Shown piece after piece: positions 35,944 to 49,634 of a DNA stretch of 64,000 bases; position 1 is the stretch's first letter, and every line of letters begins with the position of its first letter. Source of the DNA: Eutreptiella sp. 'Long Island Sound 2002'. Lineage: Eukaryota; Protista; Euglenida. The stretch spans positions 14,818,001 through 14,882,000 of the forward strand of contig OZ038378.1 in NCBI GenBank assembly GCA_964036045.1, in the 5' to 3' direction. Under the pieces are notes generated by a model. The model was not told the DNA's origin and searched no databases. It saw only the letters and a list, made by a program, of their open reading frames with translations. The translations under genes and the position numbers were made by a program.

Positions 35944-38003
35944 CTTTTTTGGTCACCAGGCGGCAGGCGGATCCAACCGCCGTAACTCGGCCACCAGCTC
36001 CCGTCAACGGACCGTTGCCTGACAGTCAACTGTATGCCTGCTTGTCACCCAGGGGGGGGAGGCTCCTTTGTGTGGTGGGGTGGGGGAGGGTCAGCTCCTC
36101 GGGGAACATAATGCTCTCCGCGACTGGTTTGTGGTGCCAGCCCCAGGGGCTTCCGTGTCGCCATGAATTTGTTGGCCCCGAAAAAACAAGCACTTTTTCC
36201 TTCCAAAACGACAGGAAAGCACCGGAGAGGTAGGCGGAGCGCAATCTTTTGATTCTCCTGGTGACGGACCATTGAGTCGAAGGCCCAAAATTGGTTTGCT
36301 CACTGCGGCCAAAAGCCTTGTACCGTTTAGTCTGTCATGCAGTGCACCACAGATGGATTTGCGCAGGCTTACACAGCGTGCAGCACCCCTTCCACCACAA
36401 ACAAACTTAACAGGATGACTACAAATGGTTGCACTTGGATCGGAGATGCGCAATTCGGCAGGGACTGTCTGGACCCTAGGGCCTCAATATGCAGGAGGGC
36501 TCATTGACCATATCCATTTTGCTATGGTGTAGCTGGTACCATGCTGCGCTTCAACAACCCCCACCCCCTTCTCTCAGTCACAAAAAGATGCCCACAATCC
36601 CTTCGGGGGAGGTAGCTTTGACAAAGTGCAACTTGCGCACTACACAGAAACAGCAATATCTGTTGATGGCAGTCCTTTGGTTGTCATGCTGCTTGAGCCT
36701 TGTAGTACTATGGCTTGGGACGGGTGGCACAAACCTGCAGATGAACTCAAAGTGACGGTCTACATGCAGCCAATTGGGACGATTCCAGAAACGGTGACAC
36801 TACAATGGGCACCACAAACATCTGGTCGTCATAGGTTATGTAGCTTGGACAAGTAGCGGGGGGTAAGAAGTATCAACTGGTCTGTTTTCATTGACCTTCA
36901 TGATCCCCCCCCAATGACTGTGTGCCATTGTTTCTTAAGGGATTGCGCTATGTTTGAGTCAAGTGCCCCATGAGGCAGCCTGCCAAACCAGAACATACAT
37001 CCAAACAAACATCCAAACGGCAAACATTCCATGTCCACCTCCTTGTTCCTCGATGGACAACCCCCACCCCTCCCCCGACCCTTGTCCTCAGGAAGGGTGT
37101 CTCAGCATGCAACAGGAATGGACGCCTGACGCTGAGGAGCCCTTTGGGACCAAACATCAATTGCCAATTTCGACAGGGCCACTATCTTGCTCTGCTGGGG
37201 TTACATGGCTTTGCCAGTGCATTCCCGTTCCAAATCACACAAGATAATACCATGGCTCTCCAGGGATGCCTGCAGAAGGTTGCCTCCAATGCACCAGCGA
37301 GGGTCTCGGTATGTGTACAGTGGCGGGTGCTATCTACTGGATGTACATATGCAAAATCACAAACTTCGTCATTGGGACATTGTTTGTCAATATTTCATCA
37401 GAACAATATGACACAGGGCCAAGGGGGGCACCAAACTACTAAGGCACCAGCAATGGCATGAAGAGCCGAGGGCACTGATGAGTAAGGCCTCTCGCACATC
37501 TCTGTCCTCCTCTTTGCATCGATCTTTGCATCTGGTGCATAGAGTTGAGGGTTAGTGAAGGACGATCCTGGGTGTAGAGCACTGTCACAATGCAGTCTTG
37601 TCTGATTCATTCGTCATTGTCAGACATTCATCAATCCATTCATTCATTCTTTCTTCGCATGTCATCACCTTCACCACACCAGAACCTTCATCAAGTACTG
37701 AACTCCAATGATCACGTGCAGCCATTGTGTCCACGGTGCATTGGTTCTCAACTACCACCACTGCTGCAGCCTGCTTCTTTCTTTCCAAGTGGCTCCTGTT
37801 TGAACCCCCCCCAAAAGCTGAACCCTCCTTCCCCACCAAATGCCACTCTTATTCAGACCCGGGACTCCATGGAAAAATTCGCCTCCAAGAAGATGGCAAA
37901 CTTTTGCCCTTTGGAAAAATGCATAGGCTGGGGTGGGAGGCTCGCCCAGTCCCAGAGTATTACAAACAAGGCATTGAAGAAATGGATGGCAAAGTAGACA
38001 GAC

Positions 38004-38153
38004 CCGGTACGTCGAGCCAAGAGCTACCATAGCCAGTGGAGTGAGTACGACAGTAGCGAATGTGACACAGCGCATCATGTAAAAGTATGAGAATGGGATC
38101 GGGGTGCTCAAATGCATCAGGAGATGGGTGGCTTGCCCACGCATTTTGCTGAT
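38004..38153 (-). CDS. Bestrophin-family exon containing TPIPFxY and TM3
   Basis: ISKMRGQATHLLMHLSTPIPFSYFYMMRCVTFATVVLTPLAMVALGSTYR. Acceptor TTCCACAG; phase 0 with both neighbours. Confidence 0.85.
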
Positions 38154-41100
38154 CTGTGGAAACATGGGATGGGCAATCATGGGGGGGGGGGGGGGCAACA
38201 TTGGGTGGGGGGTAAAGAAGAGGTTTTGGGTTGTGGAGGGGTGCAAGCAATCACACAATCGAAATCTCAAGGGGAGCACGTTTCTTATTTCACAGGAAAA
38301 ACGGGGGCTGTCCAGTAGAAAGTTCGATTTTAGATGTGAAGAGAGGTCACTCATTTCTCATTTCTGGTAGCCTAATTGGAGGATAATGACAGCCATTTTG
38401 ACCACCTGTCGGCAGCTAAAGGAGAGGTGGCAGTTGTCGGCTGTATGACGGCGATTTGCGGTTATGCACTAACCGGGGTTGTGGGCCAACCGACCGCAGT
38501 TGGAATGGACATTTGTGAACGAAACGTAAGGGAAACGTAAGGGAAGAAACCCGCTGGGGCCAGTTGGCGGGTGTGTTGTATGACCCACCGAACAGTGTCC
38601 CTCCCAAGAGATGTTGGGGTGACTGCACTCCTGTATCCAGGCGAAGGAGGCCCTCAACTGTACAGCCCCTGATTCCACACATTGACTGCCTTGGGCTGCG
38701 TTGACAGACTGGGAGATGGTCAACTGCGGCACAGAAGTGTACAATATTCTTGATTTGGTAGGTGTGTCTGCAGACTTGAGTCATTTGTGTGCCCTCGTAA
38801 GAACGGCACGGCCCAATGGCATGGTGGGGGTGTCCATTAGGGGATGCAGGTGGATGACAGCGTGTACAGAGCTGAACAGGGTCGTGACAGGTTGGGTAGT
38901 GTGTAGGGCGTTGCTGCCACGCTTGCACGAGCAGGTTCTCCACCTTCTGAGCTGCTGCAAAAAATTGTCCACGATGGATCAATTTCAGGCCCAAAAAGCA
39001 GTTATTAAGCAAGGGCCTCGGGCCACAGACCTTCACCCGCAAAATGCTGTCCCCTTGTACGTGGCAGTACCATTCTACTTTTGAATTCCTCTGGGCCCCC
39101 CCAGTACATCAAGATGCTAAAAATGCTTGAGCAGCAGTGGATTTCCCAGAAATTTAGCTTTGACCAACAGTGTGCCGCCACTGCCCCAAGAGGTCTGCAT
39201 TGAATTCCCCCACCATGAACACAACCTCTGAACGGTCTTGTCCAAAAATCTAGTGTTTGGACTATTTGCTCACAATTGAAAGGAGAGGCCTCAGTTCCCG
39301 ATCCGATACAAAGAATTATCGTTGGTCAGCAGCATTTGCCAAGGCCCACTCAGTGTCTGCTGCAGACAGACACTTGGGGCGGGGCTGGGGACGGGCATTT
39401 TGTGAACCTTAGTACCAGTCGAGGTAAAACTTAGTAAACGTGGTAAAACTTAGTGGAAGCGAGGAAAAACTTGGTAAACACAAATTTTTTCACAAGTTCT
39501 TTTAAAAAATATTTTTAATAAGTAAACAAATTTTTACTATGTTGCCCCCCCCCATTTTCACTAAGGAACTCCACATTTCGATGGTAGGTGGTACTTTTGT
39601 TTAAGGGCATAAAGCCCCTGAGTCGATTGCCAGCCACTTGTGTTAGTGGCGCCCCTACCGGGCCAAACCATCACGCACACCAATTCGTTGGCCCTTAGCC
39701 AATATAACATAGCATAACATAATATAGTTGGGATTGGGTACTAGCAACAAAAACAGGCTCAAGAAAAGAGTCCCGACAAGGCCATGGCCAACATCAGTGC
39801 AGTGGCACTGTGGGAACAAGACCGGGTGTAACAAAAAAAAGGACCTGGCAACGCAACAACCAATGGTAGTGCCAACTACTTGCAAGTAGTTACAAAAAAG
39901 GTGCTTTAAGATCAAGTCGGCCTTAGTATCTGTATGTCTCGGGGTGCCTGGTGCTGTGGGATTCGTTGTGCACATCCCAAAGATCCCCAAGAACCCAAAG
40001 GTCATTTTCACATCCCCTTGCACCTTTGTGGAAAATTCTTGATCATTTTTCAATCGACCATCAGCATTTTGGGGGTATTGAGGAGGCATCGCATACCACT
40101 TGCGACAGATCCACACATACCGGGATGCGTGTTATCAGTGGTATCACGAGCAACAACAACAGTAGCAAAAGCAGAAGCAGTAGCATTAGCAGCAGCAACA
40201 AGGTTGGCCACCCAAAATTGGCGCAATCCTACACATATCCCCGATTGGCACAAGATAGAGGCATGGAAAGTACAATGAAGAACCTTACATTTGCACCACG
40301 TTATGCTGGGTGCGCCATCACTAAAAGAGCATGTGTGAGGGTGGTTTGCAGATTTGGGCTCGGTGTACATCCGAGACACCTCCCAGTGCATTACTAGGGT
40401 TCCGGGTGTAGGGGCCAACTTGGAACGGCTGTAGTACAATGTTGCTTGTGCCATTTCACGCAACAACCACAATCTATCCCATGGCACTTGCAATTTGCCA
40501 TTGACAACACATCTAGACAGGGCACAATGCAACATCAAGAGACATGCTGGATGGCAATTAACACCATCATCTTGCCTAATGAAGGTGGAATATAGGGGTG
40601 CAATTGCAAATGCAAGGGCACCGCAAGAATTCAAAAACTTTGCCCACTTCTTCCTCTGCTATGGCTGAATACCTTCCCGTTCAGCAATCAAATCCACAAC
40701 CACCAACTCCTCCTTACTTGCCCCAAGAATGTGTGGCTCGCACCAGGACTGCATGCGCTTCCCCCTTCAACTCCCATTTCTTGGTCCCCACATTCTATGG
40801 TGGTGTTCATGGGTGCTCCTTGTGGGCTGGGGTCCGAGGAACACACATAGCAAGAAAAAATAGAAACCGAATCAAGAGGTGCAAGTATGTTGGGGGGAGG
40901 GGGGGGGGACCTTAAGCTGAGCTCCCCATTGTGGCCATGCACAGCCACAAAGAGAAAACACAACATAAAACATTTAGTGGAGGAAAAAAAGCCAGGCCAA
41001 ATGTTTACTGTAACCCCCAATATGTCCAATGAGCGTTGCAAGCATGAATGTAATTTGTTGTTGATAATGTGTCAGATGATGTAATGCAATTCGATTGTCC

Positions 41101-42779
41101 ATCCCCAAAATGCAATGCACCTCATCATGTGTATGTGACTCTTTACCCATAAATGATGAGTAAGCTTCGTAATCAGCTCATGTAATCAGCTCAAGGGTGA
41201 AGGTTCACAAACAGCCAAGCAATAGTACACTACATGTGTATTCCAAGGGTATCATCCGTGCCCACAGGACTCATTGTAACCAATTTCTTCGTGTATACCT
41301 TGCTACCATCCACAGAGCTTTGGTGGAGGACACTGTTGGAAGCACAGAGGGCAAAAGAAAAAAAAAGCCACGCCGGAGTGTGAGAGCCCATCACCCCAAC
41401 TCAATGGGCCATGCCGAAGCGTGGGAGTCCATCACCGCAACTCGAGGGGCCACACCAAAGCGTGGGAGTTCTTAACCCCAACCCCAGGGGCCAGCCCAAA
41501 GCATGGGAGTCCATCACAGGGCCTCCAACGCTTTGGGGTTGGGAAGCCACTTGGGGGGCCTCCAACGTGGAGAAGGAGTCTGTGAACCGGTTATCCTCAA
41601 TAGCAGCGGAAAACTATCAAATCCGTGGCAGACAATAAGGAGAAATGAATAATTTTTACTATGAAGTTTTTTAATTGGTAGGGAAAAAATTCCTTTTTCT
41701 ACTAAGTTTTTTACTTAGTAAAAAAATTTTGCTCTACTAATTTTTTTACTTATCAAAAACAATGTTTTCCCTACTAAATTTTGGAATTTAGTAGAAAACC
41801 CGCCCGCAAAGGAAAAACTTAGTACCCAAATATGTTTTTCTGTTTTTTCAAACTTAGCAAAAAAGTTTTTCTGAGAAATTTCTTTACCGAATTTTACCCC
41901 AGACCCCGGGGGGGGGGGGGGGGGGTCCCATGAAAAAAGCACCATATGATTTTGGTGCCCCTGCCTGCAGTATGGGAGTTGGAATCACCCCCACCATCCC
42001 CTTGGCGAGTTCGGCTAAGCACAGGGGGCATTTGCCACCAAGACTGAGTAACTGTGCCGGTGGGTACTTCCGGGTGTTAGGGAGGACATTCCACACTGGT
42101 CAACCCCTGACGGCTAGGAAACGTTTTTGAACTGACAGTGGGAGACAATTTTCAAAAATGTTTCACTGCCATCAGGGTCGTCCATCAGGCTGTGCGCCTG
42201 CCCAATTCTTGGTGCCGTTGGCAGGGAAAGTTCGCCTGCGGCGCCTGCCAAATTCCAGGTGGCTCTAGCAGGGAAAATTCGTCTGGTGGTGGCAGGGAAC
42301 TTTCCCATAATTCCTCAAGGGCTATTGTGGGCTTGTCTATGTGGGCTTGTCTGCTGCTGGCAACCCCAGCCTTTTTGGTGGAATTATGGGGAATTATGGG
42401 CAATTGGGGAATTATGGGGGAAATATGGATGTCATGTCCTGTGCTGCTGGTTGTTGTTTGCCGTAGTCGCATGGCGCTTTGATTGTGCAGACATGTCAGA
42501 TTTTCGTCCTCACAACATTTCTCTTTATGTGCTCGTCTCTGACCTTTACAAGGCACCCAGAGAATACATTTCTCAGGGGCAGGTGGCGAAGCAAATGAAG
42601 AAGCTGAACATCAAGGTGCTGGGGGCCATAGTGGTGGTGCATGGATGTCATGTGCTGCTGCATTAGATGTCGTGCCACCCGGACAGCGTGCTACCTTTGC
42701 GTCCGCTTTTGCTGAGGCTGTGACTGCTGCTGGTCTGCAAGGTATTGGCACAGCTATGCAAGGTGTTGGCACGCCTGAT

Positions 42780-42840
42780 GCTGGAGGAGGAGGAGGAGGA
42801 GGAGGAGGAGGACGAGGATGAGGAGGAGGAGGAGGAGGTG
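42780..42840 (+). repeat. (GGA)n microsatellite; nearby 21-bp repeats (43020-43095) and 10-bp TTCCCCATAA repeats (43105-43215, inverse at 42380-42425)
   Basis: Read directly. Confidence 0.85.
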
Positions 42841-43421
42841 CAGCGGCTATTGGGGCAGGCCCGTGATGGGCCCCACACTGGTGCAAAGGAGAGTGCTGAG
42901 TGGCAGCCCCACTTCTAATACTTCTCCGATTTCCAGTACATGGTGAGGCAGCAACATTTCCGTTCCGCGGCTTCACGTGCCTGTGCCTTGTGCTTGCCTC
43001 TGACTCACCGACCAGGAATTAACGGCAAGCCACCAAGAATGAACAGCAAGCCACCAGAAATCAACAGCAAACCACCAGGAATCAACAGCAAGCCATAATT
43101 CCTCATAGTTCCCCATAGTTCCCCCATATGTCTCCATACTTACCCATCGTTCCCCCATAGTTCCCCATAATTCCCCATAAATTCCCATAATTTGGCCATA
43201 ATTCCCCATAATTCCAGTCGTCCGGAAGGGAGCTGTCTTCTGGCGCTGGCGGGCGCACAGCCCTGTAACCCACCGTCAACTAATTGCAGGTGAGAGCGGG
43301 ACAGCTGTCTCTCTTTTTGGCGAGATCCAAGCTGTAAGGCAGCGTACTTATGGGACTGTGTTGACCTGCCCCCACCCCCCAAGGTTTGCGGCATAAGGTG
43401 GTCCAGGAGCAGCACAAAGAC

Positions 43422-43547
43422 CTTGTGACTGAGCAGGAAATGCGACGAGATAGGCTCGTCAAGGTCTCCTCTTTCTGCAGCATCCGCCACTGCTGAGAGA
43501 AACCATTGGAACGGCATATGGAATGGTGCTTTGGCATTCTGGATCAC
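43422..43547 (-). CDS. Bestrophin-family exon (cytosolic helices)
   Basis: VIQNAKAPFHMPFQWFLSAVADAAERGDLDEPISSHFLLSHK; 126 nt, CCACAG acceptor, AAG|GT donor. It joins in frame to both neighbouring exons. Confidence 0.8.
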
Positions 43548-46229
43548 CTGTGGTGATGTTGAAGGAGCATTTGAGCAGGTGGTAACTGGAGAATACTCTG
43601 CTCTTAAATGCAATGCATTCAGCAACATGCCTCCCATTCTTTTGCCTCCCCATGCGGCAAACACCAACAGTGCTTAAGGGCTGGGTAAGCATTTTGAGTG
43701 GCTCCCAAACCACTTCCAAACAGACAGGTTGATAGAGTCAGACTGCCCATGGGGTTGTGGCCATGATTAAAAGAGGCATTGAACCAACAAAGTACAAACT
43801 CCTGATTTTCTGCAGGCAGCAAGCAATCTGGTGAAGGGTCTTCTGCCCAGTGTCCCAACTCTTTCACCGCAGCATGAGCTGAAAAATGTAGCTGTCCTGC
43901 AAGCTGCAAAAAATTGAAAATTTGAGATAGCGGGGAATCCCGGCTCAGTAGGTCTATACCTGGCTGGTCTGCACTATCTTGGGGCCCGGAGGGCCTTCTG
44001 GGAGGGGGTACTCACAAAAGGGGGTGCCAATAAGCCGCACCAAGGGGGCCTAATTGGTGCTACATGGGTCCCATGGATGAAAATGTACTCTCATTGTCAC
44101 CAAATGATCAACTATCAAGGACCGAAGTGTCCCTGAGGACCGTCAAGGGTTGCTGGATGTGTATTTTTCACCCAACACATGTAGGCCAGTTTTTACTGCA
44201 AACGGTCATTTGGTGTCTTTCATATGGGCTATGACCGGCCCTAGGCAAGGCTAGAGGCTGCAGAAAACTTCCTTTTGTAGCATGGTATGAGTAAAGTGTC
44301 ACAACATCCCCAGTTGCACCCCTCAGAAGGGGTAACACGGAATCACCAAGGCCGCCAAAAACCCTGACATATCAAAGATGACGAAAGCCCACATAAACTG
44401 CAAAAACTGATTGGGGATGCAAAAACTGATTGGATTGGACAAAAGTAATGATTTCATACAAGGGGTTAGACCAACAATTCAACCCCTTGGGGTAGGGTAC
44501 ACAAATAGCCCAAAAGGGGGAGGGGGGTGTATGTGGCCTTTTACTCATATATGCGGGCCTGCGTGGCTTTGATCTAACAACCTTTGCGAGGTGACTTTCA
44601 GCCGACACATGCCAACCTGAAAATCGCTAAGTCCTCGTCCACAAGGGCGCATAGGGGGGTTGACCAAGGGTACCCGGAGTTTGGACACGAGACTCGCGCC
44701 ATTGGATAGAGGATCCATGTCTTAGAAAAACGTTATTCAGGACATGGGTCTAAATCAACACACAGCGGCCTCAATACGCAAAAAAGGTTTGACCCCTCTC
44801 CCCGACCAAAAAAGTGGCACTGGGTGCAGGGGGGGGGGGGGCTGGAGGGGAAATCGAAAAAATCATTGGGGGATCATTTTGTCTCACAAAATGATGATTT
44901 TACAAGGGGTTAGACATCTGATATCACCCATTGGAGTATACTACATGAATGACCCCCCCCCAAAGGGGATATATGGTGCTTGCTCCTACGATTGATCTAA
45001 CAACCTCTCTTTGAGGTAATTTACTGAAAATGGGGGATTCTTACTAAGTGACATCATTCCAAAAATTCTAACCCCCCAAAAAAATTGCATCCACATGTGA
45101 ATATTTGATGGGGGTTGATTAAATATCCGCAGGCTGGGTACTTGACAGGGCACATGGACACTGTCATGCATTTTGCCTTTGGCTACAGCATGGGTGATGA
45201 TGGATGATGATGGGTGGTCTATCAATGTAGCAGAATCATCATCAGTGAAACTCCTATCAGATATCCAAACATCAGACACTGATACTGATGGCCACAATCA
45301 TAAATGCTGATGCTGGGTGCGGGAGGATGTTTCAGATGAAGGAGATGCTGCAACTGCAGACTGTTTTGAGAAATATATAGTAAGAACAAGCAAGGTACAT
45401 AGAATTCAGCAAGAAGTTGTAAAGTTGCTAAAGCCAAAGCATTAAGCCTACAGCCCGTGTGGCATAGAAAAAAGCAAGGTTTCATGTCAACCAACTACAA
45501 ACTTCTTCAAAAAAGAAGGGACCGCACCTCCTGCTACCTAGTAATGTATTGGTTGGTATGGAGATACTCCAAGATATGGAGATACACCATGACCAGCCCT
45601 GCATTGTGCTACGTGTGCTTTGCGCTTCTGCTTGCAGTCATAGACTAAGCTTTTGTACACCTGTGAATTTTGTAATTTTGCCGTGAATTTTCAATGGGTG
45701 TATAAATGTTAAATGGGGGCTGAATATTCAACCGATCTGAATATTTTTTGGGGGGGGGTTATAAACAGCCAAATGAAAAGTGAATTGGGGTGGTCATGCA
45801 ATGCAGTGTTGCCACCATTGGCCAAAAGAGGACCAGGGGATGTGGTGAATTGAGCTCAGGGGATGGGGTGGCTTTTTGGCGTCTCAAGTGTGCAAGAAAG
45901 GGCTATTTTGAGGATTGTGGTGCTATTTTTGGAATGATGTCACTCCGTAAGATTACCCCATTTTTGGCAACTTTGAAGGCCTGCGACCCATTCCCAGTGT
46001 CTCAGATCCACCTGACACCTTTTTTCTGCAATTGCCTACCCACAGGGGTGGTGCATTTGTGGTCCCCCTTGGAGTCCCATGGGCTTGTGGGGATGGGGTG
46101 GGCCTGTGGTTCACACACACACACACACACACACGCACAGGGGGAGGAGGAGGAGGAGGAGGAGGAGGAGGAGATGCGGCCTATCATTGTCACCACTCGA
46201 CATCCCCATGGTGCCCCACGGCCCACACC

Positions 46230-46800
46230 AGTGGAATAGTACGTGCCGGTGCGGTGGCCCCAAGCGCCTTCCCCATCTGGGCATCATGACAGCGCCTCTC
46301 TCCCAATAGTCTCCTACACTAGAAGAGACCACAGCCTGGTGCCAGGTCCCATAGGCCGCTGCCCGATGCAAGAGCAGGGTGAGGTTACCTCTGCAACCCC
46401 AACCTCCAACCACCTATGTGGGCCTCCCTGTCCTCAAGGAGGGGAGGACTTGGGTCTCATGGTGCAACATCACCAAAGAGGGGGGCTGGGTTGGCCGCCC
46501 AGTACAGGGAGAGGGAGAGAGGGGCGCCGCGGCATAAACGACTTTCGGGTAGTGCTCCACGGACCTTCGGCCAGGTTCCAGCCACCACCTGCACGGAGTT
46601 CCGTCTTGGGGACTGCTGCGGGCTGAGTGGAGTTAGCCGTAGTGTGTATCCCCTTCCAGTTCAGATGTTGCACAGGCAGATTACGGTCTGTTGTATCCAG
46701 CCGGAGATGGGGGCCGTGCTGCCCAGGGTGGCTGACAGTCAATGCGGCCCCCCACCTCTCCAGGGTAAGTGCACAGGCAGGGTGGGGTGGGGGGGGGCTA
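46230..46800 (-). pseudogene. Possible degenerate RNase H relic of a DIRS-order element
   Basis: Only faint motif remnants (SELEG...; VLFHW...). Confidence 0.25.
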
Positions 46801-47338
46801 GCTCCCCTCCTAATTATGCCTACGTTTGCTCGTTGCATCCGCTCCCGCGCACCTGCCCCTCCCTGCCCTGACGCCCCCCCCAACCCACTGTGTGTCCCTG
46901 CCCGTGTGGCCCCTGCCGGTGTGTGCCCTTCCGTGGGTCCCTGCTTGTGAGCTCTTGCCCGTGTGTCCCTGTCCATCCTGTCCTTGTCTGTGTGTCCCGT
47001 CTGTGCATCGCTTGCAGTGTGTCCCTGTCCATGTCCGCCCATGTGTCCCCCTGCCCACAGGTCACTGTCCACACGTCCCTGTTCCTTTTTAGTCCCTGCC
47101 CGTGCATCCCCGTCTTTGTGCCCATGTTTGTGCGTCCCAGTCCAAGCCCTTGCCCCCCACCCCTCAACTTGTGTTTCTGCCTGTGCTTGCCAGAGACTAA
47201 AACACAGAGATCATCCGCATACATTTTCGGACTGCTTGTCGGAACTTGTTGTGTCCCATCTGTGTCCCCCCTGCGTGCACACACACAAACACACAGATGA
47301 CTGCGACCTTACAGCACAAACAGCCAACAGCCAAACAC

Positions 47339-47401
<63 letters not shown>

Positions 47402-47418
47402 GGCAGACAGACAGACAG
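47339..47418 (+). repeat. (CAGA)n tetranucleotide microsatellite
   Basis: About 19 near-perfect units read directly. Confidence 0.95.
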
Positions 47419-47607
47419 GCGGGCAGTGGTTGCAGAGTGGATCTTGTCAGGCCACTACACAGGCACCAATCAGTATAAACACCATGAACAGGCACCTTTC
47501 TGAAACAATAAGTGGGCGAGTGGGGTGAAGGTCAGCCGCATGTGCCAGCTACTTGGGGCAGACCCCTAGCAGAAAGCGCAGGTTGCATTTCCTGATGCAC
47601 CATGTAC

Positions 47608-47829
47608 CTGCCTCTCCGCTGGGGTCAGAGTCCCACGCTCCTGCAGATTATCCAGGAACTGAGTATGCGTTGTGATGAGTTTCCCCGTGCCCTCATCACG
47701 GATACCAATATCTTCTTCATCTTGATCCCCATCCCCATCCTTGTCTGCTATGAAGGTCCGAAGTTGCCACAGCAGAAGGGCTTGAGCTGCGGATATGTAC
47801 CTGCATAATTTTAGCAGCAGTGCCCGATC
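47608..47829 (-). CDS. Bestrophin-family exon (cytosolic domain) with an acidic DKDGDGDQDEED insert
   Basis: Manual translation (not in the ORF track): DRALLLKLCRYISAAQALLLWQLRTFIADKDGDGDQDEEDIGIRDEGTGKLITTHTQFLDNLQERGTLTPAERQ. G-x-L-T-x-x-E is typical of bestrophins. Donor CAG|GTACAT is in phase 0; the exact acceptor is uncertain. Confidence 0.8.
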
Positions 47830-49600
47830 CTCACAAAGAAAAAGGCTTCAAGTGCAGGACCAAAGCACAGGGGGATGTCTGGATGGCAAACTGCGGGAGG
47901 GAGCGGGCTGATTACAGGTATGGAAAGTGCAGGAGGATGCAACCATGGGCACATGTTGGAGATCAGACATGCGTGGCACTGTGACTGGCTGAATATCTAT
48001 ACTTGATTAATTGCCTCCACAATATGTTCAGGCGACCACCTCTCCAGGGGGTGCAAAAGCAGTGAAATCTTGAAATAGGTTTTCTTGCAGGCCAAGTCTC
48101 CTGTACAAGTGGTCAAACAGGGTGCATTGAAGGCGGGGTGAGGCAGCCACTTCTGATTTTGTTCTCCTTTGTTGGGGACCACTTCTCATTTTGTTCCTCT
48201 ATGTTGGGGATCCCCGAGAATGTAGGGGTGACGTGGCATTTCCGCCCTCTTTTGGGCCCCCGAGAAGGCAGGGGTGAGGTAGTCACTTCTGATTTTGTTC
48301 CCCTTTGTTGGGAACCACTTCTCATTTTTGGGGGGATAAAACATGCTTGATATGTGTTTTTCTTATCATCGTGGGCAGTCCAATTTGGTCATGGGGGGCT
48401 ATGAAGAAGGGCTGGTGCAGAAACTGCCTCCACAGCTCGAAAATCGAAAATTTGAAGACTGAAATTTTTGATATCGCGACCGCCAAGAAGAATCAAAGAA
48501 CACTTCTGATGTATGTTTCACCCCCTCTTTACATGTTTTTCAGCCAGTCTTGCCAGATTCCCAAACCTCGTCCATCCGCCTATGCATGCACACTTCGCCA
48601 ATAGCACGTACCAGTGTGTAGTGGATTCATCTGATTATGATTCTTAGTGCCCCCTTCTGTACCACACGTCGTCTGGTAATTGGTTTTTGACAGGGCCCCA
48701 AACCTGCTGGATGCATTTAAAACGTCAAATTCGTCGTTTTGCTCATGCACAAGACTCTCAGTTGCGGCTATGGTTGGGGTTGGGGTGCAGATTCAAGCAG
48801 GGCGAATTTGGCTTCATGAAGTCTTGACGACAGGGTCCTTCGCCTGTGGCTTTTGCGCCTTGGCGTGTAAACAGGGCAGGCAAAGGTCTGTCACAGAGCA
48901 CTCACTTTCACAGCATCACCCCGATTGGCTTCAAACAAAACACAGTTCCTCAGGGTACGTGGCTTCACACAATGGTGGCTTGAACAAATGTGGAATGCAA
49001 TACATTCTACAAAAAGCTCTTCGCACATGATTGGACTGGCTTTCATGTGATGTAATATAACGCCAAGCCAACTTTCCTTCTGTGCACACAAATGCAAGCC
49101 AAACCATTGAAAGGGGTTGCCAGAAAGGCTAAGAAAGCTTGCATCACACCAGCCCTGTGCAGCAGCCAGCCATGAAAAAGTCCGATGTACGAGACACACA
49201 CAACGGATTGAAGATCTGTGGGTGGGCCCTGAACAGCTCTCTGGATGTTCTTCCTCCCTCTCACAATTGAAAGAACCCAGACAGCTGTAACAAGTAACTT
49301 GGCTTTCCCTTTGAGTGCCCAAGCAGAGACAGGCCACGCCCCCCTCCACACCGCAGAGCAATGCTGACGTGGTCTGGGGCAGCCCTGCTCAGTCCTGCTA
49401 GCGGCGTGTGCGATAGAGAGCAGCTTCGCCCCTCCTCCTCGGCCCACACAGTGATTGGTGGCTGGTCAACTGACAGCGTTTGGTGGTTGACCTCCCAGCC
49501 AGGGATACCAAAAGAAAAAGAAACCCTCCCCAAAAGGCACAGGAGCAGACGCGCCGCTCGTCTTGGGGCAGACGGCATGATGAGGCACACATAGCCTCCG

Positions 49601-49634
<34 letters not shown>

